Shown in pieces: positions 1-9,163 of a DNA stretch of 64,000 nt (position 1 is its first letter; every line of letters starts with the position of its first letter). The DNA comes from Desulfotomaculum sp. (GTDB taxonomy: Bacteria > Bacillota > Desulfotomaculia > Desulfotomaculales > Desulfohalotomaculaceae). Under the pieces are notes generated by a model, which saw only the letters and a program-made list of their open reading frames with translations, did no database searches and was not told the DNA's origin. The DNA is taken from NCBI GenBank assembly GCA_017656165.1, contig JACDOL010000002.1, forward strand, positions 700 through 64,699, in the 5' to 3' direction. The position numbers and the translations under genes were made by a program.

Positions 1-1639
1 ACGGGATTTGTTTCTAACTCAACACATAATAGATGCTGGTATACCTGTTATTGTTGCTCTTAACATGATGGACGAGGCCAAGGAACAGGGCATATATATA
101 AAAACTGATATACTGGAAAAAGAACTTGGAGTACCAGTGGTTCCTACTATTGCTGTAGATGGAAACGGGCTTGATTTGTTGTCTAAAAAACTTTCTATGG
201 CAAAAGTGGGGAACATGACCCCGGGCATCAAAACACATTTGGAACATCTTCGCCTGAGGGAAGCGCTGCTAATAGCAGAAGGTGATGCTGACATTGCGAA
301 AAAAAACAAATGCCATCCGGGAAATGAACGTGACAGATACTATCAACTGCGCCGGGAACGAGTAAATGAAATTGTATCTCAGGTTGTACGGGAAACAACT
401 GTACAAGCATCGATTTCTGCTAAAATAGGTAATTTAATGCTGCGCCCCGCAACAGGGATTCCCATGCTGATGGTTACCTTATTTATAATATATAAATTAA
501 TCGGTGTATTTGTAGCTCAAACAGTTGTAGGTTATACTGAAGAAGTCATCATGGGACGTTATTACCAGCCGCTTGTACACGGGGTATTAAATAATTTCCT
601 AGTAGAAGGCAGTGCCCTTTGGAAGATTTTAGCGGGGCAGTATGGACTATTAACTATGGCAGTAACCTATTTATTTGGCCTGCTTTTTCCGCTGGTATTT
701 GGATTTCAGCTTGTTCTTTCTGTGCTGGAAGATAGCGGCTATTTGCCAAGAATTGCAACTCTGCTTGACCGGCTCCTGGTTGGAATGGGTCTTAACGGCC
801 AAGCAGTAATACCAATGATTCTTGGCTTTGGTTGTGTTACCATGGCCACTATAAGTACCAGAATGCTGAGGTCAGACAGAGAAAGATTGATCGCTTTATT
901 TTTATTGGCTTTTACCATACCCTGTTCTGCCCAGATGGCAATAATAACCAGCATGATGGCTGGGTTGGGTTTTTTTTACATCTTGACTTATGGACTAATA
1001 CTCTTTACGGTTATGATTAGTGCAGGAATCGTTCTGGCTAAAATTCTTCCGGGAAACTCTACAGATTTATGGATTGACTTACCTCCGGTAAGACTGCCTC
1101 GGCCGGCTAATGTGTTGAAAAAGACATGGATAAAAACCATCGACTTTGTTAAAGAGGCAGCTCCATTATTTGCAGCTGGGGCACTGTTTTTAAGTATAAT
1201 GGAAGTAACAGGTGGATTGACTTTTCTTGAAAACCTTCTTGTTCCATTAACGGTAAATTTGTTGGGCCTTCCCAAAGAAGTGGCCGGCGGGTTTATTTTA
1301 GGCTTTATTCGACGTGAATTTGGTACTGCTGGTTTATTTACAGTTCCTATGAATCCTTTACAGCAGTTTATAGCTTTAATTACAATAACTTTTTTTGTTC
1401 CCTGCATAGCCACAGCAATGATTATATTTAAAGAAAGAGGATGGAAGCAGGGCATTATAATTTGGTTAACTATTTTTTTTCTAGCCTTCTTTGTGGGTGG
1501 TGCAGTGGCTAAAATAATTAAAATAATATCTCTTCTTCCACAGGTTTCAGTCATGCCTATGCTTTCTGGTTTAATGATATTAACATTGGCTGTTGTGTTA
1601 TGGATTAATTGGAATAATGAAGGAACACTTAGGACATGA
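1..1639 (+). CDS. feoB: Ferrous iron transporter FeoB, C-terminal part (5' end lies outside the window)
   Basis: The frame is open from the window edge. It shows the end of the G-domain (IPVIVALNMMDEA) followed by a long polytopic membrane domain typical of FeoB. Confidence 0.85.
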   Translation, partial: RDLFLTQHIIDAGIPVIVALNMMDEAKEQGIYIKTDILEKELGVPVVPTIAVDGNGLDLLSKKLSMAKVGNMTPGIKTHLEHLRLREALLIAEGDADIAKKNKCHPGNERDRYYQLRRERVNEIVSQVVRETTVQASISAKIGNLMLRPATGIPMLMVTLFIIYKLIGVFVAQTVVGYTEEVIMGRYYQPLVHGVLNNFLVEGSALWKILAGQYGLLTMAVTYLFGLLFPLVFGFQLVLSVLEDSGYLPRIATLLDRLLVGMGLNGQAVIPMILGFGCVTMATISTRMLRSDRERLIALFLLAFTIPCSAQMAIITSMMAGLGFFYILTYGLILFTVMISAGIVLAKILPGNSTDLWIDLPPVRLPRPANVLKKTWIKTIDFVKEAAPLFAAGALFLSIMEVTGGLTFLENLLVPLTVNLLGLPKEVAGGFILGFIRREFGTAGLFTVPMNPLQQFIALITITFFVPCIATAMIIFKERGWKQGIIIWLTIFFLAFFVGGAVAKIIKIISLLPQVSVMPMLSGLMILTLAVVLWINWNNEGTLRT

Positions 1640-1654
1640 AATATTGGTGATATA

Positions 1655-2866
1655 ATGAGAGTTACAAGGTTGATTAAAATAATAACTTTAAGTGTTATTA
1701 TGCTTTTCCATCTGACAGCAGTTAATAGTATCTACGCACAGGAACCGCAGATAGTTGGTGAAGCGGCAGTACTTATTGATGCTCAAAGTGGGCAGGTTTT
1801 GTATAAAAAAAATGCAGACAAGCGCATGTATCCTGCCAGTACCACCAAGATATTAACCGCCATAGTGGCCTTGGAGCGGGGCAATCTTAATGACATAATT
1901 ACTGTCAGCAGTAATGCTGCCCGAACAGAGGGTTCTGCCATTTGGGTAAAAAACGGCGAAAAAATGACATTGGAAGATATGCTCTATGCCCTGATGCTTA
2001 ATTCCGCCAATGATGTGGCAGTGGCCATTGCAGAACATTACGCGGGAACGGTGGAACAGTTTAGTTTGCTTTTAAACGAAACAGCCAAAAAGCTGGGGGC
2101 AAAAAATACTCACTTTACTAATCCACACGGGCTTCCTGATAAGAACCACTATACTACTGCCCGTGATTTGGCTGTCATTGCCCGGTATGCTATGCAGGAT
2201 GATACTTTTGCCAAAATTGTCGGGACCAAAACTAAAACCATCACCCGGGAAGACCCCGAAGATTTAAAATTTTTAATTAACCATAACCGCCTGCTGTGGA
2301 AGTATGATGGGGCTGTGGGAATAAAAACTGGTTATACCACTGAGGCTCTGCAGTGTATTGTGGCTGCGGCCAGCAGGGATAACAGGAAATTAATTGCTGT
2401 AGTTTTAAAAACCAGGGGAACTAACATATGGACCGACACCACTAAACTGCTGGATTACGGTTTTAACAACTTTAAAAGGGAAAAGTTGATAAGCAGGGGG
2501 GAAACAATTCAAAAAACGGCTGTTAAATATACTGATGAAGAGGTGCTTCTGACTGCAGCCCAGGAAGTTAATTATAATTTTCCAGTGGACCACAAACCGG
2601 AAATTAAGCATAAATTAAAGTTATATAAAGAACCCGCTGCACCCTTAGAAAAGGGGGAGCCCTTAGGGGAATTGATAATAATGGATGGCAGTCAACGCAT
2701 TGCCAGCGTAAAATTATTATCGGCATCCAGCGTGAAGCGCCCTTTAAGTACCTACTGGTGGTTTTGGGCCTTAATAACTCTGCTGGTGCTTATTCCCCTG
2801 GCACTGGTATTAAGATTTATATGGTTTATAAAAACAGGGAAAATTAGGCTGAGGCGGATAAGGTAG
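1655..2866 (+). CDS. D-alanyl-D-alanine carboxypeptidase (S11 penicillin-binding protein) with signal peptide and C-terminal TM anchor
   Basis: SxxK (ASTTK), SxN (NSAND) and KTG (IKTGYT) motifs are present, with an N-terminal signal sequence. Confidence 0.85.
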   Translation: MRVTRLIKIITLSVIMLFHLTAVNSIYAQEPQIVGEAAVLIDAQSGQVLYKKNADKRMYPASTTKILTAIVALERGNLNDIITVSSNAARTEGSAIWVKNGEKMTLEDMLYALMLNSANDVAVAIAEHYAGTVEQFSLLLNETAKKLGAKNTHFTNPHGLPDKNHYTTARDLAVIARYAMQDDTFAKIVGTKTKTITREDPEDLKFLINHNRLLWKYDGAVGIKTGYTTEALQCIVAAASRDNRKLIAVVLKTRGTNIWTDTTKLLDYGFNNFKREKLISRGETIQKTAVKYTDEEVLLTAAQEVNYNFPVDHKPEIKHKLKLYKEPAAPLEKGEPLGELIIMDGSQRIASVKLLSASSVKRPLSTYWWFWALITLLVLIPLALVLRFIWFIKTGKIRLRRIR

Positions 2867-2928
2867 GCAGTATTGACAGTCAAGGCAAGTGCTCTTATAC
2901 TTTAATTAGATGGGTTGGTGATGGTGTT

Positions 2929-3366
2929 TTGAAGGAAACTATAAATGAAGTAAGTAAAATATTAAAACAACAGGAATATAAATTAACCCCTCAGAGAGAG
3001 CAAATTTTACGTGTGTTATTAGAGAACAAAGATAAGCATCTCAGTGCTGAAGATGTGTATACGCTGGTTAAGAAAAAGACTCCCGATGTTGGCCTGGCCA
3101 CTGTATACAGAACATTAGAACTTTTTTTAGAACACGACATTATTCATTCAGTAAATTTCGGTGATGGCTGTAAGAGATACGAGTTTGGAGGTCAGGAAGA
3201 CGGACACCACCATCACCATGCCATATGTTTAAAATGTGGAAAGATAATTGAAATTAACGAGGACCTGCTGGAGGAATTAGAAGATAAAGTAATAAAAGAA
3301 CAAGGATTTAAAATAACAAACCATGAACTTAAGCTGTTTGGTTACTGCCGCGATTGTGCCTATTAA
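2929..3366 (+). CDS. Fur-family metalloregulator (Fur/PerR/Zur subtype not resolved)
   Basis: Winged-helix N-terminus, a HHHHH-x-CxxC motif (HHHHHAICLKCG) and a C-terminal CxxC. TTG start with the GGTGATGGTG purine-rich stretch upstream. Confidence 0.8.
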   Translation: MKETINEVSKILKQQEYKLTPQREQILRVLLENKDKHLSAEDVYTLVKKKTPDVGLATVYRTLELFLEHDIIHSVNFGDGCKRYEFGGQEDGHHHHHAICLKCGKIIEINEDLLEELEDKVIKEQGFKITNHELKLFGYCRDCAY

Positions 3367-3380
3367 GGCACTTTTTTTTA
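3356..3380 (+). terminator. Rho-independent terminator after the fur-family gene
   Basis: GTGCC-tattaa-GGCAC stem followed by a T8 tract. It overlaps the stop codon. Confidence 0.6.
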
Positions 3381-3388
3381 TTTTACTA

Positions 3389-3409
3389 ACGCAGCCAAGG
3401 TATTTACAA
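3389..3409 (+). repeat. Intergenic repeat family, copy 1 (truncated core ACGCAGCCAAGGTATTTACAA)
   Basis: The 17-nt GCAGCCAAGGTATTTAC matches copy 24331-24347 exactly and differs by one deleted T from copy 54328-54343. The 14-nt GCCAAGGTATTTAC also occurs at 30337 and 61067. Confidence 0.55.
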
Positions 3410-3489
3410 CTTCTATTTATCTCCAGCAGGGAACTAGAAGCAGTAGCAGAACTGTTAAAGCATAGAATAAATTGAAAGGACGGTAAAAG

Positions 3490-5073
3490 TTGAAGACGCT
3501 TCGGTATAGGATACAATTTAATGACAGGGTAGGTATAGTACTGGATGTTTCCAAGGCAGTATCATTAAAAAATATTAATATTATTTCCCTCCAAGTTCTG
3601 CCGAACAATATGTACCTGGAAATTGAAGCTGTACCTGAAAAACACTCCCAACTGCTGGAAAAGGAACTTGCTCAAATACCCGAGGTAAATACAGTAGAAA
3701 AAATTGATTTAATGCCTCACGAGGAAAGGGAACAAAAAGTTAAAGCTGTACTGGATTCAGTTAGTGAAGGTATTATTGCAATAGATAAAAAAGGTTATAT
3801 AACCACTTTTAATCCGGCCTGTGAAAAAATACTTCGCTATTCTGCTGAGGAAGTAATGGGCCGCCATGTAAGTGAAATACTTTCCAAAAACCTGCCAATG
3901 CTGAAGGCTCTTCAGGACGGCAGACCCTATGATAATAAAGAAATGATTTTATCTACATCCCGAGGGCGGCATCATTACTTAACCACGGGAAGACCAATTA
4001 TGGATGCACAAAGGCGTATTCTGGGTGTGGTAGCAGCTATTAAGGACATGTCTCAGGTAAGAGAACTTGTCTATTCTATTACTCAACCTTCTATGATTAC
4101 CTTTGACGATATTATGTACGGAAGTAAGGAAATGGCTCATGTAGTTGAATTGGCTAAAAAGGTGGCCTTAAGTAATACTACAGTAATGATTAGAGGTGAA
4201 AGCGGCACCGGTAAAGAACTGTTTGCCAGGTCAATTCACATGGCAAGTCCCCGGCGGGAAAAACCTTTTGTACCTTTAAATTGTGCTGCCCTGCCGGAGT
4301 CCCTGTTAGAAAGTGAGCTGTTTGGTTATGCAGATGGTGCCTTTACCGGGGCAAAAAAGGGCGGTAAGCAGGGGTTGTTTGAATTTGCCAATGATGGAAC
4401 ACTGTTTTTGGATGAGATTGGGGAACTATCCCCACACCTTCAGGCTAAACTCCTGCGGGTACTGCAGGATGGTAAAGTAAGACGCATTGGCGGCAGCAGT
4501 GAAATTTCTGTTAATGTAAGAATAATTGCGGCTACAAACCGCAACTTAGAAGAAATGATGCAGCGTGGAGACTTCCGGGAGGATCTTTACTATCGCTTAA
4601 ATGTATTCCCTATATCCATTCCACCGTTGAGGGAAAGACCTGAAGATATTCCCCTGTTGGCCCAGCACCTGGTAGAAAAATTTGCCCGCCGCATGGGCAA
4701 AAGAGTAACCGGTATCAGCAGCGGGGCCATGGAGAAACTTCTTAAAAATAAATGGGCCGGTAATGTTCGTGAGTTGGAAAACGTTATTGAACGGGCAATA
4801 AACCTGGTCGATGGCGAAACAATCCTTCCTGAACATATAATCTTGGATCATACAAGCAGGTCGCCGGCTGTGTACGAGCAGAAGGAGAACTTCAGCTTGG
4901 ATAATGTTTCAACTTTAAAAGAAGCAGTGGCTGCGGCAGAACAAAAAGCTTTAAAAGATGCACTTCAACGTTACGGTACAATTCGGCAGGCTGCTAAGGC
5001 CCTGGGAGTATCTCATACCACAGTGCTGAATAAAATAAAAAAATACAATTTGATTAACCCTGGAGATAGATAA
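3490..5073 (+). CDS. Sigma-54-dependent transcriptional activator with ACT and PAS sensor domains and a C-terminal Fis-type HTH
   Basis: ACT-like N-terminus and a PAS region are present. The AAA+ core carries GESGTGKE (Walker A), the GAFTGA loop and ELFLDEIGEL-like Walker B. The C-terminal HTH reads AAKALGVSHTTVLNKIKKY. Confidence 0.85.
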   Translation: MKTLRYRIQFNDRVGIVLDVSKAVSLKNINIISLQVLPNNMYLEIEAVPEKHSQLLEKELAQIPEVNTVEKIDLMPHEEREQKVKAVLDSVSEGIIAIDKKGYITTFNPACEKILRYSAEEVMGRHVSEILSKNLPMLKALQDGRPYDNKEMILSTSRGRHHYLTTGRPIMDAQRRILGVVAAIKDMSQVRELVYSITQPSMITFDDIMYGSKEMAHVVELAKKVALSNTTVMIRGESGTGKELFARSIHMASPRREKPFVPLNCAALPESLLESELFGYADGAFTGAKKGGKQGLFEFANDGTLFLDEIGELSPHLQAKLLRVLQDGKVRRIGGSSEISVNVRIIAATNRNLEEMMQRGDFREDLYYRLNVFPISIPPLRERPEDIPLLAQHLVEKFARRMGKRVTGISSGAMEKLLKNKWAGNVRELENVIERAINLVDGETILPEHIILDHTSRSPAVYEQKENFSLDNVSTLKEAVAAAEQKALKDALQRYGTIRQAAKALGVSHTTVLNKIKKYNLINPGDR

Positions 5074-5148
5074 CTGCTGCTGAACCCGTTAATAAAAATA
5101 ATGGCATTTCAACTCCTCTTGGCATAAAATGTTCTGAGGTGGTATACC

Positions 5149-6048
5149 GTGCAGCAGAAGAAAAAAATAGGTCTAGCACTGGGGGGGGGCTTTTTAAGAG
5201 GTGCGGCGCACATAGGGGTTTTAAAGGTGCTGGAAAGAGAAAAGCTTGAGCCGGATATTATTGCCGGTACCAGTGCCGGGAGTATTATAGCTGCCCTGTA
5301 TGCTGCAGGTTGGAATACAAAAAAGATTGAAAAACTGGCCCTTTCGCTTAAATTTAAGGATGTATATGATACGTGGTCAGCACTGCTTAACCTGCTATTA
5401 ATAATGGGAGATATGCTGGGCAATTTTTTAAAATTTTCCTGGCCCTGCAAACCACCCCTGGGGTTAATGAAAGGAAAAAATCTAGAAAAATTTTTGGCAC
5501 ACCAACTTAGAGACAGTGAATTTACCAACCTGAAGATGACACTGGCCATTACGGCTGTAGATATTAACTGCGGGTCAAAGGTGATCTTTTTACGAGAGAC
5601 TTTAAGAGCAGTAGGGGGACCCGATGAGGTTTATCTATATAATATTCCGGTGGCAGATGCGGTACGAGCCAGTACAGCGGTGCCGGGACTCTTTGAACCG
5701 AAAGAAATTAAAGGATACCAGCTGACTGACGGTGGTTTAAGGGAGCAGGTGCCGGCGGAGGTGCTTTATAAAATGGGAGCCGATGCTATACTGGCAGTGG
5801 ATGTAGGTTACGATGGTGATTCATGCACCAGGGTGAACAGCATTGCGCATTTATTAATGCAGACACTGGATATTATTCGCCACGATGCAATCAGCAGGGA
5901 ATTAAAACAATATGCCGACTTGGTGATTGCCCCCCTGATAAAGGACATGGGACCGCTGGATTTTCATCGAATACCTTATGCAATTTCCCAGGGAGAGGCT
6001 GCTGCCAGGGAAATGCTGCCGGAAATTAAAAAACTTTTTCAACAATAA
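5149..6048 (+). CDS. Patatin-like phospholipase family protein
   Basis: GGGxxRG oxyanion motif (GGGFLRGAAHIG), GxSxG nucleophile (GTSAGS) and a DGG motif (LTDGG). Confidence 0.8.
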   Translation: MQQKKKIGLALGGGFLRGAAHIGVLKVLEREKLEPDIIAGTSAGSIIAALYAAGWNTKKIEKLALSLKFKDVYDTWSALLNLLLIMGDMLGNFLKFSWPCKPPLGLMKGKNLEKFLAHQLRDSEFTNLKMTLAITAVDINCGSKVIFLRETLRAVGGPDEVYLYNIPVADAVRASTAVPGLFEPKEIKGYQLTDGGLREQVPAEVLYKMGADAILAVDVGYDGDSCTRVNSIAHLLMQTLDIIRHDAISRELKQYADLVIAPLIKDMGPLDFHRIPYAISQGEAAAREMLPEIKKLFQQ

Positions 6049-6053
6049 TTTAG

Positions 6054-6084
6054 AACCTGCTTAATCTTTTGCAGGTTTTTTTTA
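6054..6084 (+). terminator. Rho-independent terminator after the patatin gene
   Basis: AACCTGC ... GCAGGTT stem followed by a T-tract. Confidence 0.7.
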
Positions 6085-6170
6085 TGCTTTTATAACGGGT
6101 TCTAACTTTTTTACAATATTGATATGTTATAATTGAACAAGCAGTGAAAAAATGACAGGGGAGATTGTAA

Positions 6171-6776
6171 ATGGATATACTGTTATTTATTTTATTTGGT
6201 TACGCTGTTTATAAATTTGCAGCTTTAAGGAAAGAAAACCAGAAATTAAAACTGGCAGCTGAAAACCTGCAAAAGCAGAACAAAATTATGAGGGGGAAAA
6301 CAGAAGATTTACACAAAGATTTGTTTAAAAAGCAGCTTATGAGTTCGGCAGTTACAGGTGCCGCAGGTGGTTTGGCTGCTATGCTTTTAATTAACCAAAT
6401 TCAAAAGCATAACGACCTTGACCAGGAAACAGTTGAAAGCATGCAGAACATGGATTTAGATGAAATCCGGCAGTTTGCAGTGGAAAATAATTTAGCGGAC
6501 CAGCAGGAAATTGATAATTTGATAAACCAGATGCAGGACCCCTATCAGAATCCTGGCATGGATATAATTGTAGATGAGTATTATCACGGGTTGGACCGGG
6601 GACTGGGGTATGTTAACCCTGAACACCTGGATAATCATGATTTTGATAGTGATTATGATGTAAATAATGATTTTGGTATGGACCATGACTTTGATTTAAA
6701 CAATGACCTCAGCAGTTTAGATAATAGTTTAGATAATAGTTTTGGCGGTTTTAATGACGGCATGAGTAACTTTTGA
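6171..6776 (+). CDS. Hypothetical membrane-anchored protein with a coiled-coil region and a very acidic Asp/Asn-rich tail
   Basis: ATG preceded by GGGGAG. N-terminal hydrophobic helix and low-complexity D/N-rich C-terminal half with short internal repeats (LDNS LDNS, DHDFD). I recognise no family. Confidence 0.55.
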   Translation: MDILLFILFGYAVYKFAALRKENQKLKLAAENLQKQNKIMRGKTEDLHKDLFKKQLMSSAVTGAAGGLAAMLLINQIQKHNDLDQETVESMQNMDLDEIRQFAVENNLADQQEIDNLINQMQDPYQNPGMDIIVDEYYHGLDRGLGYVNPEHLDNHDFDSDYDVNNDFGMDHDFDLNNDLSSLDNSLDNSFGGFNDGMSNF

Positions 6777-6783
6777 TTAAGGG

Positions 6784-7695
6784 ATGTCTAAATTGAAAAG
6801 AGTAGTCAGCGTCAGCCTGGGATCTGCAAGAAGAGATCAGCAGATTAAACTGGAGTTATTGGGTGAAACAGTACTTATTGAAAGATTGGGAACAGACGGT
6901 TCCATAGATGAAGCTGAAAAGCTGCTAAAAAAGCTGGACGGTCAGGTTGATGTTTTAGCTCTTGGGGGTGTTAATATTCACCTGCAGGTTGGCAGCAGGT
7001 TGTATCCACTGAGGGATGGGCAAAGGCTGGCCAGGGCTGTGCGTAATACACCAGTTGTTGATGGCAGCGGAATTAAAAACACAGTAGAACCTCAAACAGT
7101 AATAGATTTGCAGAAACGTTACGGCTGGCCTCAAAAAGGACAAAGAGTGTTAATGGTATCCGCATTAGACCGGTGGTGCCTGGCGGAAGCACTGGCTGGC
7201 GCTGGATGCAGGTTAATAATAGGTGATGCAGTATTTGCTTTAAGTATTCCAATGCCTTTTTATTCCTTGAAAACATTTGCCCTGGCTGCTAGATTAACGC
7301 TTCCGCTGTTAGCAAAGTTACCTATCAAAGCCCTTTACCCTCTGGGGAAAAAACAAGAAACATCCCATTCCCGTTGGGAAAGAATATATGAGCAGGCTGA
7401 CATTATTGCTGGTGACTTTCATTTTATCCGGCGGCATATGCCCGCATCGTTACCGGGGAAAAATATAATTACCAGTACTGTAACCAGGGAAGACAGAGAA
7501 TTTTTGCGCCGGAGGGGAATAAAATACTTGGTCACAACCTGTCCCAACCTGCAGGGTCGTTCCTTTGGAGCCAATATCCTGGAGGCAGTTTGTGTGGCAC
7601 TTTTAAAAAAGCCTTTTTCAGAAATCAAACCTCATATGTTCCTGCCAATGATGAAAAAAATTGAATGGCAGCCTTCTGTAGAAAAATTAAATTAA
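6784..7695 (+). CDS. Conserved hypothetical protein (family not recognised with certainty)
   Basis: Long ORF with coding-like composition, tightly packed after the preceding gene. Confidence 0.6.
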   Translation: MSKLKRVVSVSLGSARRDQQIKLELLGETVLIERLGTDGSIDEAEKLLKKLDGQVDVLALGGVNIHLQVGSRLYPLRDGQRLARAVRNTPVVDGSGIKNTVEPQTVIDLQKRYGWPQKGQRVLMVSALDRWCLAEALAGAGCRLIIGDAVFALSIPMPFYSLKTFALAARLTLPLLAKLPIKALYPLGKKQETSHSRWERIYEQADIIAGDFHFIRRHMPASLPGKNIITSTVTREDREFLRRRGIKYLVTTCPNLQGRSFGANILEAVCVALLKKPFSEIKPHMFLPMMKKIEWQPSVEKLN

Positions 7696-7718
7696 ACTGC
7701 AAAAATTTAATAGGGGGA

Positions 7719-8528
7719 ATGCGGTTGCTTATTGATTATCATTTACATACTGCTCGCTGCGGTCATGCCAGCGGCACAATGGATCAGTACATTGATGCTG
7801 CCCGCCAGCGGGGTATAACTGAGCTGGGTTTTGCTGACCATATACCTATGTACTGGCTTCCGCCAGAGAAAAGAGATCCTGAAATAGCAATGCAGGAGGA
7901 AGAACTGGGGGAATACATACAGGAAGTCTGTTTCCTGCAGAAGCTCAACCCGGACTTGGGCATAAGATTAGGTTTGGAAGTGGACTACATTCCCGGCTGT
8001 GAGGCTGCTGCAAACAAAATAATTTCTGAACTGCCGCTGGACTACGTCCTGGGATCTGTACATTACCTCGGAGAGTGGGGATTTGACAACCCCCTTTATG
8101 TAGAAAAATATAATGATTACGATTTGTTTGAACTGTATATGCAGTACTTTGATACCCTCTGCGGGGCGGCAAAGAGCGGAATGTTTGACATTATTGCTCA
8201 CCCTGACTTGATTAAAAAGTTCAACCACCGGCCGCAGGATGAGCTGACACCACTGTACAAGAAGGTGGCCTATGTTTTTGCGGATTCCGGGGTATGTGTA
8301 GAAGTAAACACCGCTGGGCTGCGAGTGCCTGCCCGGGAAATATACCCGGCAAAAAAAATGCTGTCACTTCTATGTAAATATGGTGTGCCGGTTACCATGG
8401 GCTCAGATGCTCACCACCCAAATCAGGTGGGGAGAGGATTAAAAAAAGCACTGGAATTAATTAAAGAGGTGGGGTACAAAGAAGTTGCAGTTTTTCAAAA
8501 TAGAAAAAGAATTTTCTATAAGCTATAG
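7719..8528 (+). CDS. Histidinol-phosphatase, HisJ family (PHP domain)
   Basis: IDYHLHTxxCGHA N-terminal PHP motif and a later GSDAHHP motif. The ORF-track start at 7665 overlaps the previous gene. ATG 7719 or TTG 7725, after AGGGGGA, is more likely. Confidence 0.75.
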   Translation: MRLLIDYHLHTARCGHASGTMDQYIDAARQRGITELGFADHIPMYWLPPEKRDPEIAMQEEELGEYIQEVCFLQKLNPDLGIRLGLEVDYIPGCEAAANKIISELPLDYVLGSVHYLGEWGFDNPLYVEKYNDYDLFELYMQYFDTLCGAAKSGMFDIIAHPDLIKKFNHRPQDELTPLYKKVAYVFADSGVCVEVNTAGLRVPAREIYPAKKMLSLLCKYGVPVTMGSDAHHPNQVGRGLKKALELIKEVGYKEVAVFQNRKRIFYKL

Positions 8529-8604
8529 GATCAATCCTAACTATTTAGGAATTTGGTCCTATTTTTTTTCTTTTTCTTCCAGTTGTGGGAGGATTTTTAT
8601 TTGT

Positions 8605-8643
8605 AATGTGGAATTTAAAGTGGTGTAAAGTGGGGGAAAGTGG
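8605..8643 (+). promoter_or_regulatory. Candidate MraZ operator: direct AAAGTGG repeats upstream of mraZ
   Basis: AAAGTGG-tgt-AAAGTGG-ggg-AAAGTGG lies at 8617-8643, giving three perfect 7-mers with 3-nt spacers. A related AATGTGG lies at 8605-8611. Confidence 0.6.
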
Positions 8644-8675
8644 TACAAATTATCCCCCTGGTGGGGTGGCTGGGC

Positions 8676-9104
8676 ATGTTCATGGGGGAATACTCGCATA
8701 CTATTGATGCCAAAGGAAGATTAATAATTCCTGCCCGCTTCCGCGAAGGCTTGGGAGACCGCTTTATTGTTACTAAGGGGTTGGATAACTGTCTTTTTGT
8801 CTACCCACAGCATGAATGGGCTTCTTTAGAACAGAAACTCAAGTCACTCCCATTTACAAGAGCAGATGCCCGAGCCTTCGTCAGGTTTTTCTTTTCCGGT
8901 GCCAATGAGTGCGAGCTGGATAAACAAGGACGGATATTAATTCCTGCCAATTTACGTGAATATGCCCAGTTATCCAAGGAAGTTATTGTTTTAGGGGTAT
9001 CATCCCGGGTAGAAATATGGGCTAAGGAACGTTGGGATGAATACAATGCTTCTGCAGAGGAAAACTTTGAAGAAATAGCAGAAAAGATTGTAGACCTGCT
9101 TTAA
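8676..9104 (+). CDS. mraZ: Transcriptional regulator MraZ
   Basis: MFMGEYxHxIDxKGR N-terminus and two SpoVT/AbrB-like halves. It is the first gene of the dcw cluster. The start is moved to ATG 8676 because the 8640 start overlaps the operator repeats. Confidence 0.9.
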   Translation: MFMGEYSHTIDAKGRLIIPARFREGLGDRFIVTKGLDNCLFVYPQHEWASLEQKLKSLPFTRADARAFVRFFFSGANECELDKQGRILIPANLREYAQLSKEVIVLGVSSRVEIWAKERWDEYNASAEENFEEIAEKIVDLL

Positions 9105-9163
9105 GTGTAGAAATAAAAGCAGTATTAGTTTTTTTAAAAAACCCGGGGACAGGTGGAATAGGA

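Noticed and set aside
988-1554. Long antisense ORFs inside well-supported genes. Examples are 988-1554, 5109-5549, 19024-19527, 22148-22606, 24609-25004 and 28911-29348 on the minus strand.
   Set aside because: Each is fully embedded antisense in a gene with clear family motifs (feoB, patatin, ftsW/murG, murB, ftsQ, ftsZ). They have low-complexity translations and no RBS, and are typical shadow ORFs.
5101-5136. Two TGGCAT motifs, considered as possible sigma-54 -24 elements upstream of the patatin gene.
   Set aside because: The sequences at the expected -12 positions are CTCC and GTTC, and they lack the essential GC dinucleotide.
7665-7718. ORF-track N-terminal extensions of several genes: hisJ-type at 7665, mraZ at 8640, murF at 14504, murG at 19441, ymxH at 33365, nrdG at 37534, phoU at 44068, ileS at 50351 and trmL at 59350.
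   Set aside because: The extensions overlap upstream genes or regulatory sites and lack an RBS. In-frame downstream starts with good Shine-Dalgarno spacing reproduce the canonical family N-termini.
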